From an uncultured Actinomycetota bacterium (lineage in GTDB: Bacteria > Actinomycetota > Actinomycetes > Propionibacteriales > Nocardioidaceae): a stretch of DNA of 64,000 nt. The stretch's first letter is position 1; the number at the start of each line of letters is the position of its first letter. The DNA lies in contig CAVPAA010000007.1 of NCBI GenBank assembly GCA_963701485.1, positions 6,894-70,893 of the forward strand, written 5' to 3'. Shown piece after piece: positions 10,549 through 19,433 of the stretch. The position numbers and the translations under genes are program-made. The notes beneath the pieces are model-generated. The model saw nothing but the letters and a program-made list of their open reading frames with translations, ran no database searches and was not told the DNA's origin.

Positions 10549-11399
10549 GCGTCGTCGGAGCCGTCGGAGTCGGGCAGCTCGGAGGCGCCGTAGAGCTCGT
10601 GCGCGACGTTGTCGCGGTTGGTGCCCTCCCGGTTGTCGCCCTTCTCGATGATCACGAGGTTGTGGTAGCAGTGCACGGCCCGCACCCACTGGTCGGTGTA
10701 GGTCGGCTCGTAGCCCTCGAGGAGGAACTCCTCGTGGTTGAGGCCGTCGACGAGGTCCTTGACCAGGTCCATCGACGTGCCAGGGGCGCGCGGGTCGAGC
10801 TGTCCGCCCCACGCCGGCCAGTAGGAGGTCTGGGTGTCCTCGATGCAGTAGATGGCACCGTCGGGCAGCAGCGGGAAGAGGATCCGGAAGGACTCGCGCA
10901 CGTGGGCCGGGATGTGGCTGCCGTCGTCGATGACCACCAACGGCGCGCCCTGCTCGTCGATGATGCGCTGGAGCACCTCGGGGTCGGTCTGGTCGCCGAG
11001 ATAGGTGTGGATGTGGCCCCGCGTGAGCCACGACTTGTCCTCGATGTCGAGCCCGACGATGCGGGCCTTGGGGAAGAACCAGCGCCACATCTTCATCGAG
11101 GCGCCGCTCTTGCGACGCTTCTTGTAGCCGCCGATCCCGAGCTCGAGCAGCGTGAAGGACTCGCCGCGCAGGTGCTGCAGGTGACGCTCGTAGTGGGGGG
11201 TGTACTTGTGGACACCCCACTTGTCGGTGCGGAACTCGATGGCCAGCTCGGTCAGGTTGCTGGCCAGCAGCCGGCGGCGGCGCTCGGCCTTCGGGTCGAG
11301 CGGCTCGGGCTCGGCCGGTGCGGGCGATGCCTGCATCCGGCCGGCCTTCTTGGCAGCCTTCTTGACGGCCTGGCCGGCTCGTCGAGCAGTGGTGCGCAC
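10545..11399 (-). CDS. class I SAM-dependent methyltransferase (TDK..H.Y sugar/natural-product O-methyltransferase-like)
   Basis: FRTDKWGVHKYTPHYERHLQHLRGESFTLLELGIGGY...IVGLDI...VVIDDGSH motifs. The Lys-rich N-tail depends on the start choice (GTG 11399 or ATG 11336). Confidence 0.7.
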   Translation of the reverse strand: MRTTARRAGQAVKKAAKKAGRMQASPAPAEPEPLDPKAERRRRLLASNLTELAIEFRTDKWGVHKYTPHYERHLQHLRGESFTLLELGIGGYKKRRKSGASMKMWRWFFPKARIVGLDIEDKSWLTRGHIHTYLGDQTDPEVLQRIIDEQGAPLVVIDDGSHIPAHVRESFRILFPLLPDGAIYCIEDTQTSYWPAWGGQLDPRAPGTSMDLVKDLVDGLNHEEFLLEGYEPTYTDQWVRAVHCYHNLVIIEKGDNREGTNRDNVAHELYGASELPDSDGSDDA

Positions 11400-11408
11400 C
11401 CGGGAACC

Positions 11409-12315
11409 CTAGCCTGACCCACCCACCTCGGGTGCGTGGTGCCCGAACGGCACGTCGGCCACGACGCCGAGGGCCGCGAGCACCGACGGGAGCATCGCCT
11501 TCGCCGTCCGCTTGTAGCCGTGCGCGCTCGGGTGGAAGCGGTCGAGGCTGAACATCTCCTCCGGGAAGGTGGATGAAGAACGGGCCCACCACGTGCGCCA
11601 GCGAGACCACCCGGGCGCCGCACGCCAGGGCCGCCTCCCGCTGGGCCTCCGCCAGCTGCCGCGAGGCACGCGAGCCGAGCGCGCGCAGGGGCTGCGGCAC
11701 CGGGCGGAGCGCCCCGAGGTCCGGGCAGGTGCCGACGACGACCTCCGTCCCGCGGGCCCGGAGGTCCTCGACGGCCTCGGCCAGGTGACGTACGGACTCG
11801 GCGACCGGCACCCGGTGGGTGACGTCGTTGCCGCCGACCACGATCACGGCCACGTCCGGGCGATATCCCCGCGGCAGGGAGGCGAGCTGGGAGGCGAGCA
11901 TGCTGCTCTCCGAGCCGACCACCGCCGCCGTCCTGAGCCGCACCGAGCGTCCCGCGCTGGAGGCGATGCCGCGCGCCAGTCGGCTGCCGAGGGTGTCCTT
12001 GGCCCGGTCCGCGCCGAGGCCTGCGGCGATGGAGTCGCCGAGCACCAGCAGGTCCACCGGCTCGCCGTGCTTCTTCTTGTAGTGCCGGTCGGCGTCCGGT
12101 GCGCGCTCGCCCAACGGCTTGCCGATCGCACGCCGGGCCTGCGCCGCCTGTCGCTGCAACAGCTCGCGGGCGCCGTACGCCGTCCCTCCCGCCACGCCGC
12201 CGACGACGGCCAGCGCGACGCCGGCCCGGGTCAGGTGTCTGCTCCCCACGCCCCCTGTGAACCAGACCCACCTGAACACCCGCGCAACCCCCGGCGTCCC
12301 GCCACCCAACGGCAC
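11409..12315 (-). pseudogene. SGNH/GDSL hydrolase with N-terminal membrane anchor, single frame disruption
   Basis: Block I LLVLGDSIAAGLG, block III VVGGNDV, then ...SLAHVVGPFF in one frame. The conserved C-terminus STFPEEMFSLDRFHPSAHGY (block V) is in ORF 11409..11669. The junction is ttcttc-a-tccacc near 11578. Start uncertain (GTG 12315, 12279 or 12246). Confidence 0.65.
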
Positions 12316-12374
12316 CCCACATATGGGTCGATGTACTCAGGACAACCCGGCCGTGGCCGAGCCACGGTGGGGGC

Positions 12375-13622
12375 ATGACCGACACCTCGTCACCGGCACC
12401 CGCCCTCGCGACGCGACCTGTCGCGCCGCAGCAGCTCGCCTGGCTGCGCCACGAGCTCGCCGACTGGACCTCGGAGGGACTCATCGGCGAGGAGCAGGCC
12501 GCACGCATCTCGGCGCGCTACCGCTCCGAGCACCACGCCCGCCTCGGCGTGGGGCGTGTCCTGCTCCACCTCGGCGGCGGCTTCGTCGGGGTCGGACTCA
12601 TCTGGCTGGTCGCCGCCAACCTCGACGAGCTCTCGCCGCTGACGCGCTTCGCCGCCGTGGCGGCCCTCTGGCTGGCCTTCCTCGTGGGCGGCGAGACGCT
12701 CGCGGCGCGCCGTGCCTCGCCTCCGCTGGTCGGCGCCGCACGGCTCCTCGCCGCCCTCGGCGCCGGCGCTGTCATCTTCCAGGCGGCCCAGTCGCTGCAG
12801 GTCCCGGCGTACGAGCCGCGACTCATCGGCCTCTGGGCCGTCGGCGCGTTCGTCCACGCCTACCTGACGCGGGCCCACCTGCCCTTCCTCGTCGGTGTCG
12901 TCACGGGCGTCACCTGGTGGTTCATGCAGCCCCTGTGGGACGCCCAGGACGGGACCACGGTCGTGGTGCTGCTCGGCACGGGCGCCGTCCTCACCGCCGC
13001 CCTCGCGGTCCTGCACGACGGGTGGATCGACAGGTTCGCCTGGACCTGGCGCACGGTCGCCGGCGGCATGGCGCTGGCGGCGCTCTTCGTCGCCGCCATC
13101 CCCGACGCCGGCCGCGACGGCCTGACGTGGTCGACCTCGCTCGTGGTCGCGCTGGCGCTCGCGGCGGCTGCAACGGCTCTTGCCGGCATCGTCCGCCGTG
13201 GCGCAGGCATCCTCGAGCCGCTGGGCGCCATCGTCGTGCTGCTGACCGCATGGTCGCTGAGCACGTGGGCGACCGGCAGCGACACGAGCAGCATCGACGG
13301 CGCCGACTGGGCACACGCGGCGATCTCCGTCGGCACCTACGTGGCCCTCGCCGTCGCCCTCGTCGCGCTGGGGACCGTGCGCGACCACCAGGCCCTCACC
13401 TGGATGGCGATGGTCGGGCTGGTCGTCTTCACGACCTTCCAGAGCTTCGCCGTCTTCGCGCCGATCGTCACCGGCGCCTGGCTGTTCGTGGTGCTCGGCA
13501 CCGTCTTCCTCGGCACCGGGTTCCTGTTCGACCGGGCCCGCCGCGAGCTCGTGCAGGCCCTCGACCCCACCGACCCCACCGGCACCACGACCGACCCCAC
13601 CACGAAGGGAACCGACCGATGA
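12375..13622 (+). CDS. DUF2157-like polytopic membrane protein
   Basis: 415 aa. A soluble N-domain (LAWLRHELADWTSEGLIGEEQAARISARY) is followed by about 10 hydrophobic helices. RBS GGTGGGGG. Its stop overlaps the next gene's start (ATGA). Confidence 0.7.
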   Translation: MTDTSSPAPALATRPVAPQQLAWLRHELADWTSEGLIGEEQAARISARYRSEHHARLGVGRVLLHLGGGFVGVGLIWLVAANLDELSPLTRFAAVAALWLAFLVGGETLAARRASPPLVGAARLLAALGAGAVIFQAAQSLQVPAYEPRLIGLWAVGAFVHAYLTRAHLPFLVGVVTGVTWWFMQPLWDAQDGTTVVVLLGTGAVLTAALAVLHDGWIDRFAWTWRTVAGGMALAALFVAAIPDAGRDGLTWSTSLVVALALAAAATALAGIVRRGAGILEPLGAIVVLLTAWSLSTWATGSDTSSIDGADWAHAAISVGTYVALAVALVALGTVRDHQALTWMAMVGLVVFTTFQSFAVFAPIVTGAWLFVVLGTVFLGTGFLFDRARRELVQALDPTDPTGTTTDPTTKGTDR

Positions 13623-14116
13623 GGCGCATCGTGACGACCACGGTCATCGCCGCCAGCCAGCTCGCACTGGTCGGCCTGGCCGTCGCACCGCAGCTCTCCG
13701 CCAGGATCGCCGGCGACACCTACCTGGTGCGGGTGGCACCGGTCGACCCGATCGACCCGTTCCGCGGCGCGTACGTCGCGCTCGACTACCCCGACCTGCG
13801 CCACGACGGGTCGCAGTCGCTCGTCGAGCCCGGTCTCGGCTCGCTGGACGACGGGGAGTCCGGCGACGTCTACCTCACGCTCGTCGAGCAGGACGGCGTC
13901 TGGGTCGGCGACGAGTGGTCGCGCACGCGGCCGGACGACGGCCCCTACCTCGCCTGCGACGACCGGTCGTGGCAGGTCCGGTGCGGCATCGAGAGCTGGT
14001 TCCTCCCGCAGGACGACGCCCAGGAGGCCGAGCACCTGCTGCGCGACGGCGCGGTCGCCGAGCTGCGGGTCGACGACCGCGGCAACGCCGCCGTGGTCGA
14101 CGTACGCGCTCGGTGA
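13619..14116 (+). CDS. GDYXXLXY domain protein
   Basis: 165 aa with an N-terminal anchor and motif DPFRGAYVALDY (GDYxxLxY-type), translationally coupled to the DUF2157-like gene. These two families commonly co-occur. Confidence 0.75.
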   Translation: MRRIVTTTVIAASQLALVGLAVAPQLSARIAGDTYLVRVAPVDPIDPFRGAYVALDYPDLRHDGSQSLVEPGLGSLDDGESGDVYLTLVEQDGVWVGDEWSRTRPDDGPYLACDDRSWQVRCGIESWFLPQDDAQEAEHLLRDGAVAELRVDDRGNAAVVDVRAR

Positions 14117-14123
14117 CCGGCAC

Positions 14124-14151
14124 GGTCGCCGGGGCTCAGCCCCCGGCGACC
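14124..14151. terminator. bidirectional hairpin between convergent genes
   Basis: GGTCGCCGGGG-ctcagc-CCCCGGCGACC. The loop contains the sulfur-carrier stop codon. It lies between the convergent 14116 and 14136 gene ends. Confidence 0.45.
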
Positions 14152-14411
14152 GCCGGGATCACCGAGATCTGCACGCCGTCGGGCGTGGCGGTCTCCAGCT
14201 CGTCGAGGAACCGCACGTCGTCGTTGCCGACGTAGACGTTGACGAAGCGGCGCAGCTTGCCCGCCTCGTCGAGGATGCGGCCCTTGATGCCGGAGTAGCT
14301 GGCGTCGAGGTCGTCGAGCACCGCGGCCAGGGTGTCGCCCTCGGCGCTGACCTCGGACTCACCGCCGGTGTAGGTGCGGAGGATGGTGGGGATCCGGACG
14401 GAGACACTCAT
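14136..14411 (-). CDS. MoaD/ThiS-family sulfur carrier protein ending in Gly-Gly (CysO/MetO-like)
   Basis: 91 aa, MSVSVRIPTILRTYTGGESEVSAEGDTLAAVLDDL...RFVNVYVGNDDVRF...ISVIPAVAGG. Beta-grasp carrier pattern with a C-terminal GG. Starts 15 nt after the ThrC-like gene. Confidence 0.85.
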   Translation of the reverse strand: MSVSVRIPTILRTYTGGESEVSAEGDTLAAVLDDLDASYSGIKGRILDEAGKLRRFVNVYVGNDDVRFLDELETATPDGVQISVIPAVAGG

Positions 14412-14426
14412 GGGCTGATCTTCTTC

Positions 14427-15711
14427 TCAGAGGATGTCGGCCGCGACGAAGGCGTCGTAGGACGGGGCGATGGTGGCGGCGGGGCCGACGCGGTCGGACA
14501 CCGCGTCGAGGGTCTTGAGGCCGTGACCGGTGTTGATGACGACGGTCTCCAGCGAGGTGTCGAGCTGGCCGGTCTCGACGAGCTTCTTCAGCACGCCGAC
14601 CGTGGTGCCGCCGGCGGTCTCGGTGAAGATCCCCTCGGTGCGAGCCAGGAGCACGATCGCCTCGCGGACCTCGTCGTCGCTGATGTCCTCGACCGCGCCA
14701 CCGGAGCGCCGGCAGATGTCGAGCACGTAGATGCCGTCGGCCGGGTTGCCGATGGCCAGGCTCTTGGCGATGGTGTCGGGCTTGACCGGGCGGATCGCGT
14801 CGGTGCTCGGCCTTGTAGGCCACCGACACCGGCGAGCAGCCGGTCGCCTGGGCGCCGAAGACCTTGTAGGGCTTCTCCTCGACCAGGCCGAGCTTGATGA
14901 GCTCCTGGAAGGCCTTGTCGACCTTGGTCAGCTGCGAGCCCGACGCGACGGGGATGACGATCTGGTCGGGAAGCCGCCAGCCGAGCTGCTCGGCGATCTC
15001 GTAGCCCAGCGTCTTGGACCCCTCGGCGTAGAAGGGGCGCACGTTGACGTTGACGAACGCCCAGCCCTCCTCCTCGCCGGCGATCTCCGAGGCGAGCTTG
15101 TTGACGTCGTCGTAGTTGCCGTCGACAGCGACGAGCTGCTCGGTGAACACCGCCGAGTTGACCTTCTTGGGCGTCTCGAGGTTGCTCGGGATGAAGACCA
15201 CGGTCGTGATCCCGGCCCGGGCGCCGGCCGCGGCGACGGCGTTGGCCAGGTTGCCGGTCGACGGGCACGCGAAGACCTTGGCGTCGAGCTCGCGGGCCGC
15301 GCTCAGGGCGCAGGCGACCACGCGGTCCTTGAACGAGTTGGTCGGGTTGGTCGAGTCGTCCTTCACCCACAGCTTCTCGAGGCCGAGCTCGCGGGCGAGG
15401 TTCTTCGCCTCGAGCAACCGGGTGAAGCCGGGCTCGGTGTTCGGGCTCTGCTCGATGTCGTCGGGGACCGGCAGGAGCGCCTTGTAGCGCCAGATGTTGC
15501 GGGGTCCGGCGGCGATCTCCTCGCGGGTCACCGTCGGGAAGTCGTAGGCCACCTCGAGCGGACCGAAGCACTCCGGACACGCGTAGAACGGGCCGAGCGC
15601 GACCTCGTGGCCGCACTCGCGACAGGCCAGCGCGCGGGCGTTGCCGAAGGCACCCTCGCGGAGCCCCTTCGACGGCGTGGGGGTGGTGGTCTCGTCCAAC
15701 AGGGTGCTCAT
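14427..15711 (-). pseudogene. threonine synthase-like PLP enzyme, zinc-ribbon type (MetM candidate), one frame disruption
   Basis: N-terminus CRECGHEVALGPFYACPECFGPLEV, PLP-lysine region TNSFKDR, STGNLANA. The frame from 15711 decays after ...GCSPVSVAYKAEH. The conserved C-terminus (ORF 14427..14726, ...GIFTETAGGTTVGVLKKL...NTGHGLKT) is in another frame. The junction is near 14795. Confidence 0.85.
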
Positions 15712-15719
15712 GAAGTCCT

Positions 15720-15865
15720 CCTTCTCATCTGTCCCCGCGACTCTCGCTGGGTCGGATTTGGCACCTGCTCCCGCGACTGTCCGCCGGTGGGGCGGACAGG
15801 AGGCTCGCGGGTGGTTGCCGGGACTTCGTCGGGCCGTTCCCTCAGTCCCTCGTGATGAGCACGCT
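15720..15865 (-). promoter_or_regulatory. SAM-I (S-box) riboswitch
   Basis: Minus strand reads CUCAUCACGAGGGACUGAGGGAACGGCCCGACGAAGUCCCGGCAACC...CCGCGA/CUGUCCGCC..GGCGGACAG/UCGCGG...GGUGCCAAAUCC...AGAUGAG. P1-P4 can be drawn and all conserved SAM-I blocks are present. The P1 3' strand ends 2 nt before SD GGAGG and ATG 15711. Confidence 0.85.
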
Positions 15866-15936
15866 CAGCCTAGGCAGGCCGTCTCACGATGTGCACATCC
15901 AGTCCACGATGTGGTCAGGACGAGTCCGCGGTGCGG

Positions 15937-16767
15937 TCAGCGGCGGGTGGCGAGGGCGGTCAGGAGCTCCACGACGCCCGGCGGTCCGTCGACGACCACG
16001 TCGGCCAGCCGGACCAGGTCGGGCTGCTCGGTCGAGGCCGAGCACACGACCAGACCGGGCAGTCCCTCCCCGCGCAGCGAGCGGACGGCATCGAACGCCT
16101 CGACGTCGCCGAGGTCGTCGCCGCCGAAGACCACGCCGGTGGCCTCCTGCTCGGCGACGAAGGCCCGCAGGGCCTGACCCTTGTGCATGTCGCCCGAGCG
16201 GACCTCGATGACGTTGCGACCGGGCTCGACGGTGAGGTGGTGGCGCTCGGCGAGGGAGGAGATCGGCTTCACCAGCCGCTCGAAGGTGCCGGCCGGGTCG
16301 TCCATGCGACGGGTGTGCACCGCGACCGCGAGGCCCTTCTCCTCGACGTACGCACCGGCGGCGCCGGCGTTGCGCAGCACGGACGGCAGCTCGCGCTCGA
16401 AGCTCGCCAGCCCCGCGGGCGGCCGGGGCGAGCGGATGCGCTGCTCGGTGGCCGACCAGCGCTCGTTGCCGTACTGGCCGAACACGAAGAGCTCGGCACC
16501 ACGGTCGAGCATGGCGTTGCCGAGCGCGTCGAGGTCGCCCATCGCGATGGCCTGGCGCGCCGGGCGACCGGTGATCACCGCGACCGCGCGCACCACCTCG
16601 GCGAGCTCGAGCAGCGCGCCGGGGGCCGCGGGGTGCAGGCGGGCCGCCTCGGGGTCGTCGACGACCGGCGACAGCGTGCCGTCGAAGTCGAGGCCCACCA
16701 CCACGCCGTCGAGGACGTCGCGTACGGCGTCGTAGTGGGCGCGCGCGTCGTCGGAGGTGAACTCCAT
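15937..16767 (-). CDS. otsB: trehalose-phosphatase
   Basis: HAD motif I GLDFDGTL, ...AVITGRP..., KG..L.., GGDDLGD. Lies next to divergent otsA. ATG 16767; the track ORF extends to TTG 16779. Confidence 0.85.
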   Translation of the reverse strand: MEFTSDDARAHYDAVRDVLDGVVVGLDFDGTLSPVVDDPEAARLHPAAPGALLELAEVVRAVAVITGRPARQAIAMGDLDALGNAMLDRGAELFVFGQYGNERWSATEQRIRSPRPPAGLASFERELPSVLRNAGAAGAYVEEKGLAVAVHTRRMDDPAGTFERLVKPISSLAERHHLTVEPGRNVIEVRSGDMHKGQALRAFVAEQEATGVVFGGDDLGDVEAFDAVRSLRGEGLPGLVVCSASTEQPDLVRLADVVVDGPPGVVELLTALATRR

Positions 16768-16844
16768 GGGCCAACCCAACCACGTGCCGGCGCACGTGCG
16801 CCGACCCTGCCCGGGGTTGCGCCGGGCGCGGGAGGGCCGGGAGG

Positions 16845-17381
16845 TCAGCGCGGGGCGTCGGCCGTGAGGATGATGGTGAGCCGGTCGCGCTTCATCACGC
16901 CGACGGCCGGCGCCGTGCGCTTGATCCCCAGGTCGAGGGCGAGCTGCTTGCCGGCGGCCTTGAGCCGCGGCGGGAAGTAGACGGTGCTGGTGGGGATGAG
17001 GCCCTGCCAGTTGTCCTCACCGACCACGGCCCAGCCGACATCGGTGGCCTTGGTGGCGGTCGCGGCGGCGAGCCCCCGGATGCCGGAGTTGTTGTAGACC
17101 TCGACGTAGACCTCGCCGCGCTTGACCTGCGGCTTGGGCTTCGGCTCGGGCTTCGGCGTCTCGGTCGGGGTCGGCTCGGCGCTGGGCGTCTGGTCGGCGC
17201 TGGCGATCGTGGCCGTGTCGACGCGGCGCTCGGTCGGCGCCTGGTCGCGGGTCGCGACGAAGGTGATCGACGCCATCGCGACGGCGAGGACCGACAGCAT
17301 CACGAGCGGGGACGGGAAGGCCACGCCGCGCTCGTCACGACGACGGGACGCGGATCGGCCGGGGCTGGGGAAGGAGGCCAT
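16845..17381 (-). CDS. LytR C-terminal (LytR_C) domain protein with membrane anchor
   Basis: TM segment LVMLSVLAVAMASITFV, a Pro/Thr/Lys linker, then VEVYNNSGIRGLAAATATKATDVGWAV...TVYF, typical of LytR_C. Start uncertain. Confidence 0.6.
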   Translation of the reverse strand: MASFPSPGRSASRRRDERGVAFPSPLVMLSVLAVAMASITFVATRDQAPTERRVDTATIASADQTPSAEPTPTETPKPEPKPKPQVKRGEVYVEVYNNSGIRGLAAATATKATDVGWAVVGEDNWQGLIPTSTVYFPPRLKAAGKQLALDLGIKRTAPAVGVMKRDRLTIILTADAPR

Positions 17382-17442
17382 GGGGAAGGTGACCAATCGT
17401 GAGAGGGCGGGCCGTGCGATCGGAGATGAGCAGGTGGTGGTG

Positions 17443-17736
17443 TCAGATCTCGAACCCGAGGCGGCGCGCCGAGCGCTGCCGCTGGCGGGAGGCCCGCAGC
17501 CGGCGGAGGCGGCGGACGAGCAGCGGGTCGGCCTCGAGCGCCTCGGGACGGTCGATCAGCGCGTTGAGCACCTGGTAGTAGCGGGTCGAGGACATGTCGA
17601 ACTTCTCGCGGACGGCCTGCTCCTTGGCGCCGGCGTACTTCCACCAGTGCCGCTCGAACTCGAGGATCTCGCCGTCGCGCTCGCTCAGCCCGGCCGCAGT
17701 CTCCTGCTGGGCTGTGATGTGCTCGGCTGCGTCCAT
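17443..17736 (-). CDS. DUF3263-like small protein
   Basis: 97 aa from ATG 17736 behind RBS GGAGGAG. LSERDGEILEFERHWWKYAGAKEQAVREKFDMSSTRYYQVLNALID matches the conserved actinobacterial DUF3263 pattern. Confidence 0.7.
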   Translation of the reverse strand: MDAAEHITAQQETAAGLSERDGEILEFERHWWKYAGAKEQAVREKFDMSSTRYYQVLNALIDRPEALEADPLLVRRLRRLRASRQRQRSARRLGFEI

Positions 17737-17946
17737 CGGACATCTCCTCCTCGACCCCACACCACCCGTGACCGGGTGGACGGGCACGAGTCTAGGCGAC
17801 GAACGACAACGATGTCATTCGCCTCCGGCGAGTCGTCTGGACAAAACCGGCGCCGGGCTCTGGAGCGCGCCGGCCCCTCCCGGGACCGGGTGACCAGACA
17901 CCGCGGGGTGGTCTGCGCCTCGCCGGCCGTCGCTAGGGTTGCGGAC

Positions 17947-19386
17947 GTGAGTGCAGCGGCGCAGGCAGACCTCGTGATCGTGGCCAACCGGCTGCCCGTG
18001 GACCGGGTGACCCAGCCGGACGGCTCGGTGTCGTGGCGGCCCTCCCCCGGCGGTCTCGTCACCGCCCTCGAGCCGGTGCTGCGGGCCAACGACGGCGCCT
18101 GGATCGGCTGGCCGGGCTCGGCCGACGACGAGTTCGAGCCGTTCGAGGAGAACGGCCTCTCCCTGATCCCCGTCGCGCTGAGCGCCCAGGAGGTCGAGGA
18201 GTTCTACGAGGGGTTCTCCAACGGCACGCTCTGGCCGCTCTACCACGACGTCATCGCCAAGCCGGAGTTCCACCGCGAGTGGTGGGACTCCTACGTCGCG
18301 GTCAACCAGCGCTTCGCCGACCGGGCCGCCGAGGTGGCTGCCGAGGGCGCCACCGTGTGGGTGCAGGACTACCAGCTCCAGCTGGTGCCGCAGATGCTGC
18401 GCGCCTCCCGGCCCGACCTGCGCATCGGGTTCTACCTCCACATCCCCTTCCCGCCGGCCGAGCTCTTCTCGCAGCTGCCGTGGCGACGCCAGATCCTCGA
18501 GGGGCTGCTGGGCGCGGACCTGATCGGCTTCCAGCTGCCGGGTGCGGCCGCCAACTTCGTCCGCCTGGTGCGCAGCCGGGTGGGCCACAAGACCCACCGC
18601 GACACCATCTACCTCCCGGACGGTCGGCCCGTGAAGGCGACCGCGTTCCCGATCTCGATCGACACGGCCGGGTTCGAGGAGCTGGCCCGCTCGGAGGCGG
18701 TGACGCAGCGCGCCAAGGAGATCCGGGAGGCGCTCGGCAACCCCCGGCGGATCTTCCTGGGGGTCGACCGGCTCGACTACACCAAGGGCATCCACTCGCG
18801 GCTGCGGGCGTTCGGCGAGCTGGTGCGCGACGGCAAGCTCGACCTGGAGGACGCGGTCTTCGTGCAGGTCGCGACGCCCTCGCGCGAGCGCGTGGAGCAG
18901 TACCGGATCCTGCGCGACGAGATCGAGCTGCTGGTCGGCCGGATCAACGGCGACCACGGCCGGATCGGACGACCGGCGATCTCCTACATGCACTCGTCCT
19001 ACCCGCGCGAGGAGATGGCGGCGCTCTACCGTGCCGCCGACGTCATGGTGGTCACGCCGTTCCGCGACGGGATGAACCTGGTCGCGAAGGAGTACGTCGC
19101 CTGCCGCTTCGACGACGACGGCGCCCTCGTGCTGTCGGAGTTCGCCGGCGCGGCGCAGGAGCTGCGGCAGGCCTGGCTGGTCAACCCCTACGACATCGAC
19201 GGCATGAAGTCCGCACTGCTCGACGCCTTCGCCGCGGACAAGAAGGAGACGTCCCGGCGGATGCGGGCGATGCGCCGGACCGTCGTGCAGCACGACGTCG
19301 CGAAGTGGGCCGCCGACTTCCTCCGCGAGCTCGAGGCGCTGCCCGAGCACCACGACAAGACGGTGCGCGAGTCCCGCTCGCGCTGA
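17947..19386 (+). CDS. otsA: alpha,alpha-trehalose-phosphate synthase (GT20)
   Basis: [11 protein letters not shown]...GGLVTAL...[12 protein letters not shown]...VWVQDYQL...[11 protein letters not shown]...[17 protein letters not shown] 17947 chosen as start. Confidence 0.9.
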   Translation: MSAAAQADLVIVANRLPVDRVTQPDGSVSWRPSPGGLVTALEPVLRANDGAWIGWPGSADDEFEPFEENGLSLIPVALSAQEVEEFYEGFSNGTLWPLYHDVIAKPEFHREWWDSYVAVNQRFADRAAEVAAEGATVWVQDYQLQLVPQMLRASRPDLRIGFYLHIPFPPAELFSQLPWRRQILEGLLGADLIGFQLPGAAANFVRLVRSRVGHKTHRDTIYLPDGRPVKATAFPISIDTAGFEELARSEAVTQRAKEIREALGNPRRIFLGVDRLDYTKGIHSRLRAFGELVRDGKLDLEDAVFVQVATPSRERVEQYRILRDEIELLVGRINGDHGRIGRPAISYMHSSYPREEMAALYRAADVMVVTPFRDGMNLVAKEYVACRFDDDGALVLSEFAGAAQELRQAWLVNPYDIDGMKSALLDAFAADKKETSRRMRAMRRTVVQHDVAKWAADFLRELEALPEHHDKTVRESRSR

Positions 19387-19413
19387 CCGCCGCCCTGCTC
19401 CCCCGCCCGGCCC

Positions 19414-19433
19414 AGCCTCGGCGGACCGAGGCT
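19414..19433. terminator. short hairpin between convergent otsA and the glutamate-synthase-family gene
   Basis: AGCCTCGG-cgga-CCGAGGCT, an 8-bp stem. Weak evidence. Confidence 0.3.

Noticed and set aside
9679-12315. 878-aa ORF as a single giant protein
   Set aside because: It is a read-through chimera. The N-part is the SGNH hydrolase. The middle is Arg/Pro-rich out-of-frame translation across the methyltransferase gene. The last 289 codons are the ATP-grasp gene, which has its own ATG coupled to the methyltransferase stop.
12119-14116. 665-aa plus-strand ORF
   Set aside because: The first 500 codons are Arg/Pro-rich out-of-frame translation of the DUF2157-like gene. Only the last 165 codons (from ATG 13619) form a credible protein (GDYXXLXY).
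15720-15865. SAM-IV (the common actinobacterial SAM riboswitch) instead of SAM-I
   Set aside because: The element has the SAM-I specific GAGGGA...GGCCC kink-turn/P2 arrangement and GGUGCCAAAUCC with a P4 stem. These do not fit the SAM-IV pseudoknot architecture.
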